A stretch of 64,000 bases of DNA, from positions 868,001 to 932,000 of the forward strand of contig NW_025964388.1 in the NCBI RefSeq assembly GCF_023055435.1. The letters run 5' to 3'. Source of the DNA: Haliotis rufescens (taxonomy: Eukaryota). Shown here in pieces: positions 43,811-64,000 of the stretch. The translations under genes and the position numbers were made by a program. The first letter of the stretch is position 1. Each line of letters begins with the position of its first letter. The notes beneath the pieces are model-generated. The model saw only the letters and a list, made by a program, of their open reading frames with translations. It was not told the origin of the DNA and did not search any database.

Positions 43811-46800
43811 ATTTTATTTATTATCCAACATCATTCTTCCAACTTTTTCAATTTGTAGACAGTAATTAGCAGTGTCTTCAGTGTAAAAAGTACTGCTAAC
43901 AGCTTCAGTAGCAGAGCCATTAGTGATGTCATTTGATTGTGATGTCATGGTCACCAGTGATGTCACAATGGTCTGCAAAGCATTGTGATGTAATTTCATT
44001 GCAGCAATATCTACAGTGTAGATATCGCTTGATCTAATCCAAGCGATATCTCCTGTGGGGGCCAGTTTTGGATGATAAATTAAGTTGCTAGTAGAGTGTA
44101 ACTTGTACCTCGCCCAAAACCCACCGGGACATACAACTAGAATATACTGAACAGAAAAGGCGGCGGATGGGAGGGGAATAAAAACAAATGTGTTCGAGTA
44201 GTATTTAGCTAGCCAATGACACCGAAAGGCGGGAATTTAAACCATGCCCCCAGGGATTGGTGGGAATAGAATATTAGGTCTCGTCAGCCCGAGACGCGAA
44301 CATTGAAACGGGTATTATGGGTAGAAACTTGACCTGGAAAAGGCCTAGCAGACCTGAAAATTTTATAAACAAAGATATACCCCAAGCATAACCTAGCAGG
44401 CTGAAAACTATTTAACAAATGAAAAATGCGAACGCCTGTAGAAAAACAAGAAAGCCTCACATGGACAGGTGAAATAAACAGACTATAAACAAACGGTATG
44501 TGGCAAAACAATTGCTGTTGGGATCTTAATTAAACATTTTCAATCCACAATAAAAAATTGTTAAAATGAATGTAGAAATGCTGAGTTGATGAACGTAGAA
44601 GTGATCTGTTGAGTGACCCTGTGTACTTTGTTCTAAATAAGCCTGTGTTCACCAGGCAGTGAATGTAATCTGCATACAAGCCTTAACATGCCGCTTGGGT
44701 GGTATACTCTCCAGGAAGCTGAGAATGTATGTTTAGTGCTCATTATTCCTTTGACAGGGTTATAGTGATGTAGTTCTATGAGAATGGAATGGAATGGAAT
44801 CTGGCGCAGTAAAGTTGGACTTGCAGTGAAGTACCAAGGCTGGTCACATCCATCTTCCTGAGGCAAGGGAGTTAACTGACTATTTAAGTCCAGTTTTCAC
44901 CCTTGCCAATCTTGGCTGGATTTCCGGAGTTATATTTTGGCTGGAATAACGAGCCTATGTATATCCCAATCAAAATCTCGTAACGAATTAGGCATCCTGT
45001 TCGTAAACAATATGGATTTCAACGCACAGATTTTGGTCAACTGCAGGATTTGCAAATCGTGTACCATCAACTGGGTGTCAACAGTTTTTATGCAAATCAT
45101 TCATGTTTTTAATCATGGCACTTATCAGTGTAAGACCCGTTTTATCACAATATAGATCTTGATGATCGATCTGATAGTCTTGACCGGGCACTGCCATTTT
45201 GGTTTGAAGCAAATGCAAGTGATATGAGAGATGGAATCTGATTGGTCAGTTGGAGGGACATTGAAGGGACATAACTCATAATAGCCACTGGTGGCGCTAC
45301 GATCAAGCCTGGAAATTCTAGCTTAGTTCTGCAAGTATGTGTTATACCCATCTGTTAAGAAGTAAACACTTCCTCAGGTGTAGCATCTGTGTGTTTGCCA
45401 GCATGTACATTTTTAATGTGTTATAACATTTATTTTAAAGAAGCAATCTGACATGTTCACAAATGTATTATTTACATAATCTCTTTCTATATACTACCTT
45501 TGTGCATACTAGCATTATGCTTATTAAGGGCATTAAACTTTTGGCCTTTTAAAAAAAATAAAAAAATCTTTATTTCAGTTGATAACTTTTAATATACTAC
45601 TCAAAAAATATTGAGGATCAGTTGATTCTTTCATAATACTATCGTTAACAACAGATTAACTGTAGAATAACTATAGTAATATGAAAGAATCAGGTGATCA
45701 TTATATTTCTTTGAGCAGAAAAACACTAAGAGAGACATGTTTTAATTATATTTTTATTTGACAACCGATACAATTGTTATTTTAAAAGAGGTATCTTTAA
45801 TGAAAGAAGAAAGGCTTATTGGGATTGAATATCATGAAAAGATACCAATTATTCCTTTGTCAAGTATCATCAAACGAATGAAAATTTAAGATTGAGGTAA
45901 AATTGTAAATAGTGTTTTATTTCTAAGATAGAGGTAAAATTGTACATAGTTTTTCAAAACCGGGGAATTTATTTATGTCCTTGAAGTCTTTAATTAACAA
46001 GTGCCTCAATGTTGTCTCCGACGTTCTGTATGCACCAATCATGACATGCTGCTGTGTAGGATTGTGTAGGTCCTGTGATGAAGGGAGCCTTGTCCTTGAG
46101 ACGGTTGCAGTAACAACACCCACGTCGCCATCATCCCCTATTATGACAGCTGACGTGCTCACAGCATAGCTGTCATTTTTCATGTCTTTCACGTGAATAC
46201 CTGTACTATTATGAAGAGTGTTGGTTCAGAGACTGACCATTTCATGTTCTGGGGGGCCTGTTTTTTAAAAGAATATTTCTTCCAGAAAACACTGAAAAGA
46301 ATTTTTTTTCCAGGTTTTACAGAAAAAAAGATAATTTGCTGGATATCCTGAACATATGTGTTTTAGATATAATTGTTTGGCTCCTGTTTTCAGGGAGAAA
46401 AAATACATTTTCTGAAGCAGTGATTGAAAAAATATTTTGTCTGTATAAAAAATACACCCCCCCCCCCCCAGAATACAAGATGGACAGCTCTTGATTGTCA
46501 CTACTTGACTACCATAATGTGATACAATTTAATCCTGTAAATACAGATGGTAGCATTCCTGGTGAAATCTTCCTGATACACAAACTGTGTACCAAGTAAT
46601 TTCCATTACATATTGTATAGATCTTCAACAGTCTGATTTTCTGGTCCATCTCATTAAAATCAGATGTTTTACTCTGATATGATGCCTCTCCTCGTGAAGA
46701 GCTGACAACCCCTCAATATGATCTCGCGTCAGGTGAACTTTCTAATTCACCAATCAGCATCAAGGCTTCACAATTCTCAGTGCAAGTGAGCATTTTGAGC

Positions 46801-48730
46801 AACATATCAGATATCTGTATCTTAACAGCCAGTTCGAAATGCAAATAATAAAGGTCACACCATTATATTGTTGTGGATAGTTAAGTCTCATGGCATCTAT
46901 GCCAAAAGGAATATTTGTGTTCTGTCTGGTCGTTTATTGGTTAAAATATAAATTTCAGAATCAATGTACTTAAATTGAAGCCAAATTGAGTTGGAAAGCT
47001 GGCATCAGATAAACCCAAGACTCCTTGCATCCTTAATTTAGATTGGCGTCTAAATGTCACAGAGGGTTTACCTGACTAAACAATATATGGAGTTGTCAGA
47101 GCTTCTTGCAGAGGGGAATCGTATCAGAACAACTGAAGTTAAAGAGCTGATATTTTTTCAGAATGAGTGTCTATATAGCAGGGTTTCACTGCCAAATGTA
47201 CAGATGTGATCGGTGTGACAGACTGTGTATTGTACATATCAGTCCAGTATTAGAGAATGGAGCAGAATCATCCTGGATAATTCAATTATCCTGAAGAATA
47301 TATTGCCATATTATTGATATAAACAACCTGGACCTATTAGCTTCCACAGCTTCGTTGTAATTCTGGTTATATTGAAACAAAGCTAAAAGTAAACATATCA
47401 ACACGCCCATATTGGAACAAGTATTGACATCACCATTACCATATTCGACGTAATAAGCGCCCCGCTCTAATAAGCGCCCACGGCGACATTTGGCTAGTGA
47501 ACAATCCCAATTAGCACCCCTTCCGATTGATCAATGTACACAAGACTTATTTATTCGTGTATAATACGCACTCGTGTGTTATATGCACCCTTAATTATGG
47601 GCATTTAACTCTGGAAAAATATATCTGTCGTTCATAAACATTTCAGGCTGTCAGTATAAACCACGAAATTTATCTTTCAACTCTGTTTTTTTCACCAAAA
47701 TAATATTCTAATAAGAGCCCCCTAGTTCTAATTTTGAGAGCACCCTGGGCGCTAATTACGTCGAATACGGTACTGAAATTGTCTTGTTGGGTAGCTTCTC
47801 AACTAGATTCCCTCTCCACCTCGATATTTACCAGCTTAGACTTCTATATGCAAGTCTTCTGATAAAGCGAACTTTCGATGGTACGAGGCCCCCATTTTGA
47901 ATGTAGATCTATGCCAAACTCATTTGGCAGTAATTTTGATAGGTTGATCATTTTTAAGCAGTGAACCAGAGAAATTCTGGAGATGGTTTTCATGAGCTTG
48001 ACCATAAAATGGTCAAGACCAGAACATGATTTAGTGTTTTCATGTTGCGGTCATGTCACAGGACGGTCATGGAAACGCACAACTGCGGTCACAACCCAAT
48101 TGACAGCCCAAACAATATGGTGGATCATGTGCCACCATCACTTTCCAATGAAGAATCTGACATAATTTAAATAAGATTTTGAAGGCAGGTAGCTGAAAAG
48201 TGGACAGATCTTGGCGGTGGTCATGGAACATAATTTTGCAGCAACTGCGTTGAAACTTCAAATCATCGATAGTGTCTGTCAATGCAGCCCCAAGAGTAGT
48301 CAGATCTGCTTTCTGCTGTGATGTTTTGATTTAAGGTTAATGTCGGTTCTGCGCCACGGTCAAAGTCCCAGCTACCGAAACTTGCCCATTGACCAGAGTC
48401 CATGACGTTCCGCCTTTGGTCAAGTCCCGAAAACCTAAACGTCCTTGGTTGGTGATGAAAGATTAAGATGGTAACATCACTTCGGTAACGAGGCTGGGGT
48501 GGCGGATGATTGCAATCAGTAATATTCCAGCTATATCACAGCGGACTGTAAATAATCAAACAGCCAAACCACCTTGTTCCCATTTCAGTTTTGCAAAACA
48601 TTGTTGGATATATTCACATTTATAGTTACTCTGCTGTTAACTGATATATCAGTCCTTTGTAACATACATATATTTCATTCAATAAATATGCTTTGAGATT
48701 TCGATGTTTTAATTTAATCATACCACATTA

Positions 48731-49086
48731 GGTGAGGTGAGGTGAAATTGGGTTGAACATCGCGTCCAAGATTATTGCACTTATATAGTGACGTGCATGC
48801 ACGTGTGTGTGTGTGTATGGCTGCTTGTACTAGTCTGGACTCATGCCGATTTATAGTGCTAGCTCACTGAGATACCATGCCGCAGTTTAACATGAATACC
48901 CCACTCAGACACAGTATACGGACTCCGAGCCGACCAGTCCTTGTTAAGCCCTTTAATGCTGAGCGCCAGACAGGGTAACAACAAGTACCATCTTTTAACG
49001 TCTTTTGGTATGATGCGGCCGGGGATCGAACCCCGGACCTTCCGCTCTCCGGGCGGACGCTCTACCACTAGACCACGGAGGCGGTC
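48731..49086 (-). mobile_element. SINE family C (tRNA head, Meta/MESC-like core, CACCT tail)
   Basis: Minus-strand head CCGCCTCCGTGGTCTAGTGGTAGAGCG..GGTTCGATCCCC; core CATACCAAAAGACGTTAAAAGATGG; TSD CATACCACATTA. Other copies ~3194-3533, 5468-5826, 32325-32640, 39633-39950 and a fragment at 52683-52754 (all minus). Confidence 0.85.
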
Positions 49087-50988
49087 CATACCACATTAAA
49101 ATCATTTCGATTTTGGTCACTTGACCAAATTATCGATTAGATTGTCTTGGCTGGGTGCCGCCATTTTGTTTGAAGCAAATGCAAGTGATATAAGAGATGG
49201 AATCTGATTGGTCCATAGGAGGGACAGAGAAGGGACATTACTCACAATAGCTAATGGTGGTGCTATATCCAAGCCTAGAAATTCCAGCCAAGGGTGGAAA
49301 CTGGACTTTCACAGTCAGTTAACTCCTTGCCTTGGGAAGATGGTGTTGTACAAAACAGAGGCAATTTTGTAAGGACAGCGTGTCCTTTGTCACATGATTA
49401 CCAACAGTTGGAATTGCACTTGGACACAATCCTTGAGTGAGTGAGTGAGCATGGTTTTACGCCACTTTTAGCAATATTCCATCACACATTTTACCCATGT
49501 CGGGAATCAAACCCGGGTCTTCGACGTGACGAGCAAACGCTTTAACCACTCGGCTACCCGACCGCCCCCACAATTCCTTGGCATCAAACCCATACTTTGG
49601 GGGATTAGTGCACAAGCTAAACCAACACAAGACTTCTCAAAATGGGATATTTTATTGAGAGGATGTAATACATACAACAGAAAGGGAAGCATCAGGACAT
49701 TGACCTGACGAGATTAGCACTGTTGGAGCTAGGAGTGATGTAAGATTTGTAACAGTAACAGTCCTACATCGGAACACAGATCTGAGCAGCCTAGACTTGC
49801 AACCACCTCACACCATCATGACTGGAAACTGTGCAACACAGTTACTATAAGAGTGAGTGAGTGAGTGAGTTGTATGTTACGCTGCTTTCAGCAATATTCC
49901 AGCAATATCACGCAGGGGGTACTCCAGAAATGATCTTCACACGGTGTACCCACGAGGAAAATCGAACCTGGATCTTCAACGTGACGAGCAATCGTTTTAC
50001 CCACTTGGCCATGCCACCGACCTGAACAACAGCTAGAATGGGATCTTATGATTTGTACATGTCCTCCAATGTCAAACAATGCCCATTGATCAACTAACTA
50101 CAATCATGTGCCCTGAAATACTAGATGACAGTATCTTAGCTGATGTAAATGTTTGTTTTTTGTTTAATGCATTATACCTGCTATATGACGGCGGTCTGTA
50201 ACAGTCGATTCTGGACCAGACAATTCGGTGATAGACATCATGAGCATCGATCCATGCAATTGGGATACGATGACATGCATCATCAAAATCAGCAAGCCTG
50301 ATCACCCGATCCCGTTAGTCCCCTCTTACGACTAGGCCTATTCTACCCGAAATGGTAAGATGAAGTTGAGGTGATGTATTCCACCCATTGTAAAAAACTT
50401 AACACAGAATCCAGTCATGGTGATTACTGAGGGTGGCCTCAAGAGCTATGCAATGTTAATGCACCGGTAAACGCATTGACATTTTCACCAATAGTTAATA
50501 CTTCTTCAACAATGCAACTATGTGCATCCATTCATAATGTGTAGCTACATAACTGCAGTGATATATACAGAGAAAGATGCACAGGATATAATCCGTCAAT
50601 ATCTTTAACAACTGCCTTTTCAGTCGGCATCAAAGAGTCACATCAAGGTCAAATCACTCCTTCAAATCGAATCTTGGGTTGTCATACCAAAACATGATTC
50701 ATCAATCATTCTGATGTAAACCATAAGTTACTGAATGTATCAACGTGAGAAGAAGAAAACATTGGTAACAAAATATACAACAAAACACAAATAACAAATG
50801 AAACAGACATCCGTAACCCCATTCGTGAATAGCATCAAGCTGGGCACCAAGCTGTTGTAGCTGAATGTGACGGTCACTTCTCTCCGTGGGACATGTTAAT
50901 ATGGCACATTCAAAAAGCTATGGAAAGTGGTAAGCTGAAAACTAAATAGCTTTTCTTGCACTGAGCATTTAGAATCTAACAGTTCACT

Positions 50989-63999
<13,011 letters not shown>

Positions 64000-64000
64000 T

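Overview
Eukaryotic genomic DNA with spliceosomal introns and many SINEs and MITEs. The repeat content suggests a mollusc, possibly an abalone-like gastropod (inference only). Splice sites read by eye support three recognisable genes: (1) a 2-coding-exon rhodopsin-family GPCR (minus, 856-3100, 324 aa); (2) an 8-coding-exon CARD initiator caspase, caspase-9/caspase-2-like (plus, 30880-41220, 457 aa); (3) enolase (minus, 50989-63980, first coding exon outside the window). The most unusual items are these. First, a 17-kb tandem array (6226-23326) of four ~4.0-4.8 kb units, each carrying an intact 4-exon gene for a 165-aa protein I do not recognise (acidic WG repeats, basic C-terminus) behind a double-CRE/X-box-like promoter. 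Second, five 83-84-bp tandem copies of a caspase splice acceptor that create four in-frame 47-nt pseudo-exons. Third, a 431-bp miniature LTR element (TRIM) whose LTRs contain a tRNA-Arg-like sequence. The rest is four SINE families, several MITE families, a mariner fossil, a LINE 3' fragment, a Penelope-like remnant and minisatellites. No searches were run; all family assignments come from motif recognition.
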